Notes: a model not told the origin generated them from the sequence alone. A DNA stretch of 64,000 nucleotides from Chlorokybus atmophyticus (GCA_009103225.1 RHPI01002503.1:625585-689584); one strand, 5' to 3'. Shown: positions 13,532 to 27,339, counted from the stretch's first letter. Numbers and translations are program-made.

Positions 13532-13915
13532 AATATTGGCTGGTCACCCAATATGCACGTTTAGGGTGACATGCATATTTCGTTTAGGTGACCATATTGG
13601 CTGGTTACGCGATATGCACGTTTGGGTGACCAGCCACTATGGTCAGTCAATTGTGCATATTATGTAACCGTCAATGCGCACGTTTCACATTGATGGTCAC
13701 CCAATATGAAACGTTGGGTGACCATTGATGTGGCTCAACGTCAACGTCGATGGTCACCCAATGCCGACCATCAACATTGGGTGACCATATTGGCTAGTCA
13801 CCCAACGTTGGTGACCAGCTAATATGGTCACAAACGTCGGCTGGTCACCATATTGGCTGACAAGCCAATATGTTTAGCGAATTGGCTGGTCATCGTATAT
13901 GACCAGCCAATTGGC
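13532..13915. repeat. Array of short interleaved inverted repeats built on GGTCACC/GGTGACC and ATATTGG/CCAATAT
   Basis: Repeated hairpin-forming units, e.g. GGTCACCCAA-TATGAAACG-TTGGGTGACC and GGTCACCCAATG...CATTGGGTGACC. Confidence 0.75.
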
Positions 13916-15026
13916 ATGCAAGTGGCGATATGACCACTTGCATGCCAGTCCGAGTGCGGATGAGGTGCCCTTATATCAGGAAGGCTGCAAACTGTGGTGG
14001 TTATCGCCGTGCTATCCAGCTAGGCTTACTGTCTACATATATGTTGAGCAGCATATATGGCTCTCCACCGTGCACCTGCTTTTATGTAATCTTCTTGGCC
14101 ATCTTAAATAAATGCGGTTGATAGTAAGCTCAGCGTAGTCAAGGAATGGCTTATGGTGCTTGCGAACCCACAGCATAAGGTCCCAGTCCCACTGGTTGAG
14201 CAAAGTTGTAGCTTCTTGGCGTGTCCTCTCACGCCGTACTTCTTCTAAACGTGCACCTGCCTCTATGTCCGCCTATTCTTGTGCTTGCTGTGCTTGCTTG
14301 GCCGCTGCCTCTACTTTTGCTGCGCGTTTCTGCCTTTCTGTGCATGTTGTGCTGCTGCTTTGGCTGCTTACTGCTCCTTCATAGCTATAGATATTTGAGT
14401 CTTCAGGGCTGCTGCAGGTTCTGATCCAGTTGCAACTCGTGCATCTTTGCTTTCCTGCAGTGCTTCCTTCGCTCTCCTCTTCTCTTCTCTTAGCTCAAAT
14501 TGCATGTTCCCGATGTCTTCAATTATAAGTTTAGCTGCTAACACTATTAACCACAGCAGCACACAGGGCCAACCTACTTGTACTGTTGCAAGCGTTTAGG
14601 ACTAGATATGTAGTCCTTGAAGGTGCATTTGGGCAGTCCAAGGTCTTGGGCAGCCTCTGCAGCTGTCATGCAACCCTGCTGCACAGCTTGGATAGCCTCC
14701 TTTGCAGCGGGGAACATGAGCTCTCTGTCCTTCCTCTTCATGTATGGGCCCCTCTTGTGCTAATTCTGCTGTGCCTTCTCGCATAGATGCACTTGCTTGT
14801 TGCTGATGCGTTTAGCACCAGATGTAGCAATATTTGTCACTTAAACACAAGCCAGACTGGGTGCCTCACCTAAGGCACATTGACATGCTGGCGTGCACAC
14901 CAGCACCTTTAACAAGGATGACAAAGCAGTTTGAGCCAAAACAGCACCAGATGCACAATGGCATTAGCTTACTCGAGTAGGCATAGAAACTTGTAATAAT
15001 TTGCACTTGTAACCAAGTCTTCACAA

Positions 15027-15269
15027 TGTTGGGTCTAGGAGAGTCGAGGGTCACATTGTCTCGTGCCGCTGGAGGAAAGACATGCTTGCTGAACATGCTA
15101 CTGCGGCATGATGTAGCATGTTTGGTAGTGTTAGCAAAGGCAAAAAGATAACCCAGCTCTTGTAACAGCAGGTGCTTTTTGAAGCACGTCCGCTGATGTG
15201 GAGTGGTGCGGACATGTGGAGCGAATTTCCTCCTTAGTACATGCTGTGCTACAAGACGCACAGTCAACA
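15027..15269 (-). repeat. Terminal repeat B, copy B2 (243 bp)
   Basis: TGTTG...CAACA ends; clearly homologous to 16296-16540 and 27340-~27575. Confidence 0.85.
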
Positions 15270-16293
15270 AGCTACTATTATGGGTAGTGCTGTTTACACA
15301 GTGATTTACATGAGTGGAAAATGTGTCACAATGTTAAGTGAGGTAAATGAGCAAGCAACACGTGGATGCTATGCTCTGACTAATGCCAACAAGCACACCG
15401 CAACCAAGCGCACCAAGCTCACAGCAATGACAAGCACAGTGCACACGAGCATGCACAGACTCTCACACGGTGAGGGGATTCTTAGTAACCGGGACGGCGT
15501 TTAATAATTTAATATGTTTTTAAAAGCTTCTAGCTTTCTTTCTCACATTGTCACCAACTGATCCGATGAACCCCGCTACTACTTACACAAGTCAAATCAT
15601 GACTGTTCGAAACACAAGCTAACGGTCATATCCGGGCTATTCCCACACGAAACTCCCCTTGATATTGAACATAACATGTATGTTGAGATGGACGATGACA
15701 AGCATACACATGCACAAGAGCACGCCACAACACCAGCGTCAGGAGACCATACAAGACCATCTATTGCCATCATGTCCACGGGTTTTATACCCGCCAGCTA
15801 CACATGCTTCTACTCTAAAAGCTATTGCATCTAGCACATTAAACCATAACTTGCGCTCAAAGTTGCTCCACGTAGCTAGCTTCAAGAGCTCTCCAACAAG
15901 CTATAGCACACGCCAAATAGTCAAGTAACCACTGAGATACAATCATTCTACTACAGCGCCTGGAAGTCTCTGAACTCCGGACTCGCCGACGCGCTTGGAA
16001 CCTTCTTGCGCCTGGACCTCTAGACTTGAGTTGCCTGGGACCTTCCAGCGGCTATTCCTATGCAAAGGGCAAGCTGACTGGCTGACCTAGATGTAGAATA
16101 TTCTCAACAGTGTAACTAAAATCACAGCTGAAACAGCTACGCGCGGTGCCTATGTAGGCTATGGTTATGAGTTAGTCCAAGGTCATGATTTAGCTACAGG
16201 TCAGTGACGCGCGGGGGTTGGTATGCTGATAGTCCGGGCGAGGGTCTTAATGTAAGCATGCCCGATGCAGGCTGGCATACAAGGGGCATGACA
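15270..16293 (-). repeat. Terminal repeat A, copy A2, interrupted by a solo LTR
   Basis: Homologous to the 5' termini of copy II (~36996-37592) and copy III (~47114-47705); begins TGTCATGCC on the - strand. Confidence 0.85.
15681..16109. mobile_element. Solo LTR (429 bp) of an unrelated LTR retrotransposon
   Basis: TGTTGAGA...TCTCAACA perfect 8-bp terminal inverted repeat; flanks ATGTA/GTGTA (5-bp TSD, 1 mismatch); absent from the other two A copies. Confidence 0.75.
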
Positions 16294-16295
16294 GC

Positions 16296-16540
16296 TGTGG
16301 GGTCTGTGAGGAGAGTTGAGGGTCACGCTGTCTCGGACAGCTGAAGAGAAGGACATGCTTGCTAAACACGCTGCTGCAGCATGATGCAGTATACCTTGTA
16401 GTGCTTAGCAAAAGCAACAAGATAACCTAGCTCTTGTAACAGCAGGTGCTTCATGGAGCACGTCCGCTGATGAGAGTGGTGAACATGTGGAGCGAATCAG
16501 CTTCAATATACATGCTGTGCTGTAGCACAGACAGTTAACA
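16296..16540 (-). repeat. Terminal repeat B, copy B1 (245 bp), directly after the G-tract of element I
   Basis: Follows the PHD ORF stop and a poly-G tract on the - strand; joined to A2 through CA-GC-TG at 16292-16297. Confidence 0.85.
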
Positions 16541-16865
16541 AGCCCNNNNNNNNNNCCCCCCCCCCCCCCCCCCCCCCTTGAACCTTTGGGGAGGTTTCAG
16601 CAGCTCCAAAGCTCAGTGTTTAACGCAAGTGTGAAGGGTCGTCGGCGCGGCAGTCATTACACCGGTACTCCTCCATGGGTACCGCATCCAGTGGGGGCTC
16701 CAAACAGTAGCAATGCAGGCCCTTGTTGCAGCCATCGCAGAGCATCATGAGCGAGTCGTCATTGGAGCTGCCGCAGCGCTTGCAACGCATGCTGCGGGCG
16801 GGGCGAGGGTGCTTAATGCGCCAGAACCCTGCTATGCAAGGGAGGTGACACGGCGCGCAGTTTAC

Positions 16866-17794
16866 TGTCACAGCCCATTCGACCACAAAAGACTTGGTGC
16901 TTTTATGATCGATTTGTGGTTGTATGTATAATGTACCTTCCCGTTACATCCCCCCCCCCACCCCCCCCCANNNNNNNNNNNNNNNNNNNNNNNNNNNNNN
17001 NNNNNNNNNNNNNNNNNNNNNNNNNNNNNNNNNNNNNNNNNNNNNNNNNNNNNNNNNNNNNNNNNNNNNNNNNNNNNNNNNNNNNNNNNNNNNNNNNNNN
17101 NNNNNNNNNNNNNNNNNNNNNNNNNNNNNNNNNNNNNNNNNNNNNNNNNNNNNNNNNNNNNNNNNNNNNNNNNNNNNNNNNNNNNNNNNNNNNNNNNNNN
17201 NNNNNNNNNNNNNNNNNNNNNNNNNNNNNNNNNNNNNNNNNNNNNNNNNNNNNNNNNNNNNNNNNNNNNNNNNNNNNNNNNNNNNNNNNNNNNNNNNNNN
17301 NNNNNNNNNNNNNNNNNNNNNNNNNNNNNNNNCCCCCCCCCACCCACCCACACACACACACTTACAAACCCTGACATCCTCGGCAGCTGGCTTCCATCAG
17401 CTATGAAATCATCCCAAGGGTTTGCTAGGGTCGGCCATCGGCCCCAACGGCAAGGACCGGCTAAATTGGGCCCATACTGGTCAACTCGCGCATAGCGCAC
17501 CGCTGCCGGCCCTACAGGTCGCATCGCGACAGGCAGGTTTGCGTCTTGCCGCGCCGACTGAACTGGTCAGTCCGATGCGACTGCCATTAGGCAAGTCGCG
17601 ACCTATCAATGATGGCACTTATGACCATTTACGATATTACTTGATCGAGAAACGACCACCGCGGAATTTGTGTGCGAGGCAGGAATCGAACTCGGGTCTC
17701 AAGCTCCGATACCAATGTCACAGCCCACTCGGCCACCAAAGACTTGGTGCTTTTATAGTCGATTTGTGATTATATGATGTACTGTCCCGTTACA
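16866..17794 (-). mobile_element. TRIM copy 1 (terminal-repeat retrotransposon in miniature), inserted in element I integrase
   Basis: LTRs 16866-16948 and 17716-17794 with TG...CA ends; TSD TTTAC at 16861-16865 and 17795-17799; tRNA-iMet-type PBS TGGTATCGGAGC at 17703-17714 (-); poly-G PPT beside an N gap. Confidence 0.9.
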
Positions 17795-20700
17795 TTTACC
17801 ATGTTGTTCGTTAACCTCTCGCCGCTATGGACGAGGAGGTCAAGTACCCGTGTGGGGTACACCTTGAGCACCTTTTGGATTGTGCGGCCAACGGAGGTGT
17901 TAAGTGTGTCCTTGGTGGCCTCCATGCGGTAGCCTAAGTCATCTGCTAAAAACCGGCGTTGGCGCTCCTTGCAGAAGCCACTGCGCACGCGCTCGTAGTG
18001 TAGCCTGTCGCGGTGCTGGACGGTGCGCAAGTTGTTGAAGGCCATAGGGACTGTGCGCTCAAATAATGCTGCGCGCGTAATAATGTCACGGTGCATCCAA
18101 TCGGGGTCGTCGAGGTTGTGCACCACGCGATCCACCTCCTGCTGTGCATGGAAAGAAAGCAATGGTAGTTGCCCGAACGGTAGGTACTACGGGCTGTACT
18201 CGCGCAGAGCTGCCTACTTTTATAGTCGGTATTTAAGAGGCATTCATGGGAGGTGGTCACGCCAGGTGTTCTTTACGTACTCCAGCACATACTTGCGGAG
18301 TGCCTTCCTAATGGTTTGCGGCGTGCGCTCGGCGAGACCGTCGGCTTGGGGGTGGTCACGCGGGGTACGATGATCGATGTAGCACCTGTCCAAGAGAGTG
18401 TCAAACTCCCCTCTGAACTTAGTGCCTTGGTCGGGGATGACCTCTGCGGAGCTGCCGAACCGGCTGAGGACATGATAGAGGAAGGCTTGAGCCACCCCTT
18501 TACTGCTCTTGTCGGGTAGCGGCACCAGCTCCACCCACTTGGAGAAATGCTCGAGCATTACTAGGCTATAACCGTTGCCGCGTGCCGAGGGTGCTAAGTC
18601 TCTCAAGATGTCGAGTCCCCATTGATAAAAGAGGCTGGAAATGCGTGGGTGTAATGTGGCGCTGCGCGTGTTGAAGCTGGCGAGCACCATGTCACATTGT
18701 TGAAAGTGACTTACAAACTCCTGCACCTGCTTGTACAACCCGTGCCACTTGTATTGTGCCCTCACAAGCTGATTGTGCGCTTGACACGGAAGTGTCCAAG
18801 CTCAGTGTGGAGGGCAGTGATGGTGATGCCTTCGCGTGCGGCCAGTGTCGGCACCTCGTTGTCTTCACCATGGAGGCGACGACACAGCTTGTCATCCGCT
18901 CAGCGGTAGTGCTGGGTGCGTTCGTCGATGCAGTCCTTCTCGCGCACACTTATACTAGAGGGAAGCTGACCACTTTGAAGGAAGGAGAGGGATGGCTTGT
19001 CCAGCCATACGTCCTGCCTGGTGTCAATGGGTGCCAGCTCTGTGTCCTCGACCTCGATGTCACCACCGCAAGTGGTCCCTGCGGGTGTAGTGGTTGCGGA
19101 GCCGGTTGGTTCAAAAGCAGGGATCTCTTCAGTTGTTGCTGAGGCACCGGCGTCGGTCTTACGCCCTGAGCGCAATGCGAGAACAGCAAACATGGCAGCC
19201 ATTGTCGGAGCTGATGATGCAGAGCCGAGCTCATGCTGAGCTCCAGTCGCATTGTTGGTGCTCAGGTGTGGGTTACGACTGAGTCTATTGGCGTTTTTAT
19301 TGGTGAGGCCAGCAAGTTGTCAATTTCAAAGTCATACTCCTGCAATAGCAGGGCCCAACGGGCAAGTTTCCATGTTAAATAATGGTTGGTCATCAATTAC
19401 TTAAGTGGCTGATGACCGGTGATCACCTGAAACTGTCGGCCGAGGATGAAGGACCGGAAGAAGGAGATAGCCCACACTACTGCGAGACACTCTCCCTCGC
19501 AGCTGCTGTAGTTGGCCTCGGCACTGTGGTTGCTCCGGCTGGCGTACGACACTTGCTGCTCCTTTCTGTTCTCATTGTGCTGCACCAGCACGGCTCCCAT
19601 CCCAAGCTTGCTCCAGACGGTGTGAAGGATGAAAGGCTTGGTGTCAGTCAGGGCGTTGAAGGATGGGTGCTGTGGTGAGCCTGCTTTTCAGCTTCTCGAA
19701 GGCCTGCTGTTACGGCTCCTTCCATACGAACTCCACTTCTTTCTTCAATAACTCGTTAAGGGGTCGCGCTATCTTGGTGAAGTCCTTCACGAAACGGCAA
19801 TAGTACTTGGCAAGGCCCAAGAAGGCGCATTAGAGCAGCAAGAGCCGCCAGCCTCCATTTTTGCCTGCTATATGTACACACCGTGGGGCACGATTTTGTG
19901 CCCCACGTAAGGTACTTTGTGAGTGAAAAATGTACACTTGTCGGGGTGCACAGTCATCCCCACTCCTGTAAGCCTCTTCAGCACCTCTTCGATGTGCTGT
20001 AGGTGCTCTTCGTTGCTGCGGCTGAAGATGAAGACGTCGTTGATGTAGCACCGCGCGAAGTCCAGCCCCTTCAAGGCTTGTTCATGACGCGCTGGAACTT
20101 GGTGGGGGCATTCTTCAGCCCGTACGGCATCACCTTCCACTGGTACAACTCTCGGTTGCCCCGGAAGGAGGTCTTGTGTTGTCCTCATCCTTGATGGAGA
20201 ATTGGTTGTACCCTTGGCGCATGTCGAGGATGCTAAAGACTGTGCAGTCTCCTACATTGTTAAAGATGCCCTTTATTGTGGGCATTGGGTACCTGTCTTG
20301 TTTGGTCTTGTTGATGAGGGGACGGTACTCGCCGCACATGCGCCGTTCTGTCCAGTTGCCTGCCGAATCTTTCCTTGATGGCATAACGGTCGTGGCTGCA
20401 AAGTCCGATGTGGACTCCTCAATGAGGCCTGCGTCCAGCAGCACCTTACATTTCTGTTCCACCAGATCCTCCTCTGACTTAAAGAGCCTGTGTTGCCGTC
20501 GGAACACCGGCTCGGTGTCCACCAGCTCGACGTTTATCTGGTACACTGAACATGTACCCAGCTCCTTTACGTTGAAACTGAATTGGCTCCTCCACATGAG
20601 GAGGGCCTCCAGCTTCTCTCGGGTGTCCTCCGTGGCAAGAGGGTCGGTGGCGTGGTCCTATGACGTTGCATTGGCAACCACTGAGATGTCTTCCACTGTT

Positions 20701-20854
20701 CCTGCTGCTTGCTCCTCCATATGAGCCACCTCGAGGGCTGTGTGAGCTGCCTTGGTGTCTGCAACGCAATCAGCCCACCCCCCAGCCAGGTGTGCAAGAC
20801 CCTCGAAGGACACATGGCGGTCCTGCAACGCAAAGCTCAACTCTAGCACCAAGA

Positions 20855-21780
20855 CCATGCTGTTTGGGTCCATGGCGCGATTGAGCAGCTGACATTGCTG
20901 ACTATCGGTCAGCGGGGACCATGTGACACTGTTGAGAAAGAACCTCATGGCGCGCTCACGCGCATTGGGTTCTTCCAACTTGCCTGTCGTGGTGTCGAAC
21001 ACCATGCCATCGCCTCCATTGCTGAAGGCATAGGACTCTTGGTAGGACACCAACGTGGGAAGCGCGCGGCGCGGTTGCCCAGGTTGGTTGCATCGGTAGA
21101 AATGGCTGTGATCAAGACGTGTAACAGGTTAAGCTCCAAGGTCGGGGTCGAGGATGTCATCGACCAAAAAGTTGCGGGGCCGTGTACTGCGCGTGTCCTC
21201 TGCTGTTATTGGCTCTTTTGTGGTGGCCAAATTTGTCCACTTGGCGCGGACGCGATGTGCACGGGAACCATGGCACGCTGCGTTCACCTTGAGCGCATGC
21301 CAAAGAACGGAGCACACTTGTTGGTAGGTGGAGGCGACATGAGGACGCTGGTCGTCCTTTGAGTGCACATCTCCGATGACGTACCCTAGTGGCCTGAAGA
21401 TCTGATGCTGTTGGAGGAGGTGGATGACTCTCATCAACTCTCATAACAGACCTGAGCGAGGGTTGTCAAGGCCTTGGCCTTTTCCCGCCCTGAAGTGTCC
21501 TTAGCACTCCAATGCCGAATCAACAAGTTGATGTTACCGAGGGACAGCAAGTGGTCCTCTTTGATTAGGCGGATGCCTTGAGGCTGCCTTACAATGCCGA
21601 CGAGGGCAGTTTCTGTGAATAGCGCTCGTTCAGCTGACGCAAATGGTGCTTAAGGGCTGTTTGAGCGCGCAGGTAAGGGTCGCAATGATCATACTTGGTA
21701 ACTTTGATACATGTATTGAGGACTGCGGCAAAACCACTGTCAATGCCTCTCAACAATTTCAACACCGTGATGCCCTGCTG
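20855..21780 (-). pseudogene. C5 DNA methyltransferase domain of copy I (frameshifted)
   Basis: QQGITVL..GIDSG, W(E)C*GH.RAG, AHRVRAKWTNL, EEPNARERAM.F and QCQLLNRAMD in the same order as in copy II. Confidence 0.8.
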
Positions 21781-23371
21781 CCGTCGAAAGATATGAACTC
21801 CACGACTCCGGTGGCTACCATGTGCTGGTCTTGCACCTTGCCGTGTCCCTTATGGTTATGGAAGCGCGAAGTGATTAGTGTCTAGGTCAGCAACGGGTGC
21901 GTGTCCACCTGTGCGCGCCAACGGCGGTCGGCCGGGTCTTGTAATGCCACCTTAACAGTGGCATCCTCCTGCTCCTCAGTGTAAGGAATGGGAGCGGGGT
22001 CGTGTGTGCGGCAAGGGGCTGCAGTGAAGGCAGCGACTTGTGCGGGCGCTGTCATATGTGGCTGATGCAGCTTCCCGTGTGCGCACATGACTGCATGTGG
22101 CTGTGGCAGCCACTTTGCATGGGCACGCGTGCGTGACACCAACTCGAGAGGCAGGAAGCTCTGTACCTCTCCGTCATCTTCATCCCAATGTGGTTGGAAC
22201 CACTCCTGCTCTGTCCAGCAGTCAAGGCCCATGCCCACGATGAAGTTGAAGTCCTGCCTACGCAAAAAATTGAAGGAGCCAGCTTTGGTGACCACCTATT
22301 GCCGAACGATCTCTGTGGTGTGGGTTGGATCCAGCCTTGTCAGCCGAATGCAGAAGGCCTCTTTGGTGACCCCCATCACCTTGTCACGGCTCCATGTTGC
22401 TATGTCCAATACGTATGGGCAGGGCATCGGGTTCGAGCTGGTGATGACAAGGGATCGCGCGATGAAGCGCCCGATGATGATTAGCTGTGCTCCGTTGTCC
22501 AGCATCACCCGCTTGGGTGCCAGGCCGTTGATGGTCACATGCTTGCCTTGGTTGGCTACCATGGCAGCGTTGGCGTTGATGCGTAGCCTTGGTGCGGGCT
22601 GTTGGCACCGGTGTCTCAGGTCTCTCAACCGAAGGTGCTGAGCGCATCGCAACCACACTCCTCTGCTTGCTACGTCTTGACGACCCCCTCCTTGTCATTT
22701 CCCTCTGCCAAGTTGGCCTTGTCGTGGTGGTTGGTAGACATGGGGAGGCCTTTGCGCTAGGGGTTCTAGTGCTGGCTGCGGTAGAGGTGATGGCGGATGC
22801 CGCCTTTCAGAGGATGAGATCATGCCTGCCGGCGTCCCTCATGGTTGTGGAGGAAAGCCTGGCAGTCCCGGTGTTTGCGGGCCCGCCTCGCGTTCTGCTT
22901 GCTCTGCGGCGTAGGTCCATCGGACAGCATGAGCTGCCTCCCTGACCAAAGTCCCTTCTCATGTGGCTATGGACTCTGTGTCCACATCGGTCCAATGCTG
23001 ATATTATGGCATGAGCTGCAGGTATACCGCGCGCAGTACCTGATGCTGCATGTCGTGAGTGATGGTGGGGACTCGCAAAATTCCTGCCATGTAGGCATCC
23101 CACCTGCCTTGTACCACGCCCACATCGAACACGATCATGGCGCGCGCCCGCATGGAGCGTGGGAAGTCGGTCTGCTGCGCATGTAGCTCATGAGCGATGG
23201 CGATGCGCCGGCGTTGCCATGCTGCTGCTACTCCCGGCAGCCGCAGTATTGCCTCTTGCACTCCCTTCAGAGTGTCTGACGTAGTGGTGGCAGCTTCATC
23301 GTATGCTTGCCGCATCGAGCATACGATCATCGGGCATACCATCGACCAGAGGGGGCAGTAGCGGGGCGATT

Positions 23372-23701
<330 letters not shown>

Positions 23702-26700
23702 NCCCCCCCCCCCCCCCCCCCTCAATTGTTGCGCCAACGCCCTCGCTTAGTCAGCAACAGTTGCTTGCCCTGGCTGTGCGACTGTGGTTTGCGCTGATAG
23801 CACCACGGCAAGAGCAAAGGAGGTGCCGGCGATTTCTGACGGTCCCGCGGGTTGCACTGCAGCGGCGCTTGCTGTTTCACTTGTCGGCACGCATCAACTT
23901 GCGCAGCTTAATCTTACCGATAACGATTAGCCTTTTCAAAAGTGAAAAACCGCTCTGCCACTTCATCTAGGTTTGCTCTCAACTTGCAGTCCGCACTGCG
24001 CTTACAATTTCATGGTAGTTTTTTTGCGCAATGCAAATGCAGCAGAGTGGTACCATTCAATTCATTATATATGGTTTTTCTCTCTTTTTAAACAGCAAGG
24101 TAGACTGTTGATTTACGCATTTACTATCAAATGCGGAGAGATCTTTCAATTTTAAACTAAAAAGTAAACGTTATATCGGGTGGCTGCCACTGCCACTGCC
24201 ACTGCATTCAGGGGATCCAATTTATTTGTGGTAGCATCGGCCGCACTGCGCCTAGTCTGCATCCATTCAGCAACTTAGTTTGCATACCGCATAATTAAAG
24301 GTATCAAAGATCTCCCGTTGCATTGGATGCACCCATTAGAGTCCACAAACAGAGTTGCACTGCTTTACAGGTGACTCCTCTGTGTGAGTCCACGGAGTGC
24401 CATGTCAGCGCTTAACGGCATGTTTGAGGTGGCCACCAAGAGGTCCTGCACTCGGCGATGCTAAAGTCCCAGCGTCAAGGCCTCAAAGTCAATCTGTTGC
24501 GCTGGCATTGGCTGTCGTGATTGGCCGAATGCGTCCTGCAGTCTCGCGTGAAGCGCGAAGAACAATTGTATTGCCAGCTCCAATACAGCAGGACGCCTTG
24601 AAGAGGCAAGCTCTCATTTCAGAAGCAGTGCCAACTAGAATCTCATCTTCCAATTGTTGTTGGGTGGGCTCCAGCAGTGTATGGTATTCGGGCGGTGGTA
24701 GCGGCATGATGCGATCATCTCGCGCTACATGTGCTTGTGCGTTGCCCCCTAGTCCGTACGCAACGGTAACGGGTTCAATGTTGTGTAAGACGGACACCCA
24801 AGCGCGCTCTGCTTGCAGTCCGCATCGCACTTGTTGAATGACATCAGGGTGTGGAGAAGGGGCCGCGCAAACCCCTAATGGTGCGGTGGGAGTGGCAGCA
24901 GGGGCTTACAGAGGTGCGGCAACATCAACTGCATTAACAGTTGTAGCACCTGCAGCAGTCGTGGTGACGGAGGTCGCTGCTATGAGCATTGCAGCAGTTG
25001 TGGCTGGTGCAGTGTTCGCAGCTGTAATACGTGTGGTGCCAACACCACCAGTGGGTTCGCCAGCCATGTCGACAGCAGCCTCAGTGCCGGTCATCTCTGG
25101 CGCCGATGTGGTGTTGGGTGTACCTGCACTGGCAGCACATGTGGGTGTTGTCAACGGGGTCGTCGACGGGGTCGGCCCCGTAAGGGTTGTGGCCGCCGAG
25201 CCAGCCCCACTTGTGGCTTTCGATGATGCCGCTGTTGACGATGCGCCAGCCTCTTTGCGCGCGCGTTTTGATTGGTTGAATACGCGAATGGGGGGGGGGG
25301 GGGGGGGGGGNGGGGGGGGGGTCTTTTTCGCGTTTCGGTGCCATCAAGGCTCGTCGGGCAGCGTGGCAGGTTTGGTAGTTTTGCTCGTTATCTTCTTCCA
25401 GTTGGGCCACTTGAGCCACTCGGGCCGCGATATGGTTGAGAGCTGGTGAACTGACTGATGCTTTAACAGCAGCAGCTCCAACACGAGGGCGTCCCTCGGC
25501 TCCCTTGCGATGTGGAGGGCAGTTCTTCCCTCTGTAGCCAGTCACCTTTTTACGAGCGCCGGCGCCGTTGTTGTGACCACCAACGTTGTTGTTATTGTAG
25601 CCCCCGCTGTTGTTGTTGTTGTTGTTGTTGTTGCTGCTGCTGCTGCTGCTGCAACAGCCACCAGCATTGTTGCTGTTGTTGTAGCCAATAGAGGGCCGCA
25701 GATCGGGGACTTGAGCCAACATATTGCGTCCAAGTGTCCCGTCTTGTGGCAGTAGTCGCACACAAGGTTGCGGTAATCCTCGGGGCACTCCTTTTGGTAG
25801 TGCCCATGTTGACCACACCGATGGCACAGCACTGGAGCAACAAGGGCAGCATAAGCTGACCGTTTGTCCTTGTTGCGCGTGACTGGAGCATCTCGACTGC
25901 GACCTTGTCGAGGGGGCTCAGCACTCGCGCTTGCCATGGGACGTGAGGCGCTTCGGTTGGTGTCCAACACTGCCTTCTCATACAGCGCACGCTTGTGAGT
26001 GGCTTGTGCAGTCTCGAAAGCTTCCTTAAGGGTGTAGCCGAGGGGTCTAATGTAGTTTAGTGTTGAATGCGTCGACTTACTAAAGGTGGAGTCCAACTCC
26101 ACCACGTACACCACTGCAATTACCTCCTCACTGACGGTCTTGTAATCGGTGTCCTTCAATAGTCCTTCCAGCCGCGAATACAGCCGGAAAGGGTCCTCGT
26201 TGGGCTTCCGTCGAAAGCGTCTCAACACCTTTACCTTGTTGGTGGTCTGGGGCGGGAAGGTACGCCGCAGTGCCACGTACAAGTCCTTGAGAAGAGAGTC
26301 CGACATGATAGCACCCATGGTGATGGCTGGTGCGTGCAATGCCACCGAACCAAGTTTGAAAAGGCTGCCTCCTGCCGGAGTATGCGAGCCCGGTGTTGGT
26401 GGTAACAGTGTTCATGTTTTTAAGGCTGCAGCTTGTTGTTCAGCTTGCTGAGCCTCAATGATGGCAGCGGTGCGGTTAAGGACTCTGGTCCGTCGGTCAG
26501 CCTTCTTGACCTCGACCTCTGCAGGTGTTAGAGAGGCAACAACCAGCTCAGCTTTCTTATCCTCTGCCCATTGTATAGATGCGGCTAACGCCCGTCCAGT
26601 GATTGGGGTTGGAGGGACCACTGCTGCTGAGGCAGAAGCTGCTAGGCTATACGTTGGTGCAAGTGCTATGGTGGCCAGCTCGCCAAAGCCATCAACTTCG

Positions 26701-27199
26701 TGCAGCTCAGCAATGGACTTTGACACATCGTGTGCCTCATGATCAAGGTACCGAGCCATGATATGGAATGACACCTCATCTGACCAGTCCTTGTTCTTGC
26801 TGCCGCATTTTTGAGTGGAACTTGATGATGAACTCATCAAGTGGTGTGGTGCCCGCACGTCGGAGGTTGGTTGAGCTGGAAGGCTCCATTTCTTTGTCGT
26901 CACTGTTCGAAAGAGGTGGGGAGGCTTGATGGTGAGGAGTAAAGTGGAAGGAGGTGAAGCCGGAGAAGGGGCGAGAGCTCCTGCTGCTACGGTAACTGCG
27001 TCCTTCACTTGCTCATTTGTAGGTGAGGTTGGAGGTTGGGCTCTAGCTGCTGAGGTCCCCCTCATCTATTGGTGAAAATGGGGTGGGCCTGCTTATGCAG
27101 CTGATGCGATAGTGAAAGTGTATGAAGGGTAGAGTGTTTGTGCTCTACAAGGCTATCTCAATGCTGCTAACACTCAACACACTAATGATTATGCGCACC

Positions 27200-27339
27200 G
27201 GTCGTCGGCGCTGCCACAGCGCGTGCTGCGGGCGGGGTGAGGGTGCTTGATACGCCCAAAGCCAGCTATGTAAGGGAGGTGACATGGCGCGCAGCTCACC
27301 ATGTTGTCCTTCAACCTCTTGCCGTCCTAGCCAAGAAGG
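27200..27339 (-). mobile_element. Displaced integrase C-terminal fragment of copy III (left flank of the copy II insertion)
   Basis: Sequence continues directly into 37593 onward once one AAGG is removed, rebuilding CCAAGAAGGTCC (homologous to CCAAGGAGGTCC in copy II's own integrase). Confidence 0.8.

Noticed and set aside
14160-14800. Coiled-coil-like - strand ORF fragments
   Set aside because: Short and stop-interrupted; no coherent gene model or family.
15027-16540. Reading B-A-B as an independent TRIM/LARD with B as its LTR
   Set aside because: No PBS or PPT inside, no TSD (CACAA vs AGCCC), and B never precedes A at the 5' ends of copies II and III. Kept only as an alternative to the split-repeat model.
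16971-17332. Long X-rich ORFs
   Set aside because: They span an N gap. Comparison with the 502-bp TRIM 2 suggests the gap hides almost no real sequence.
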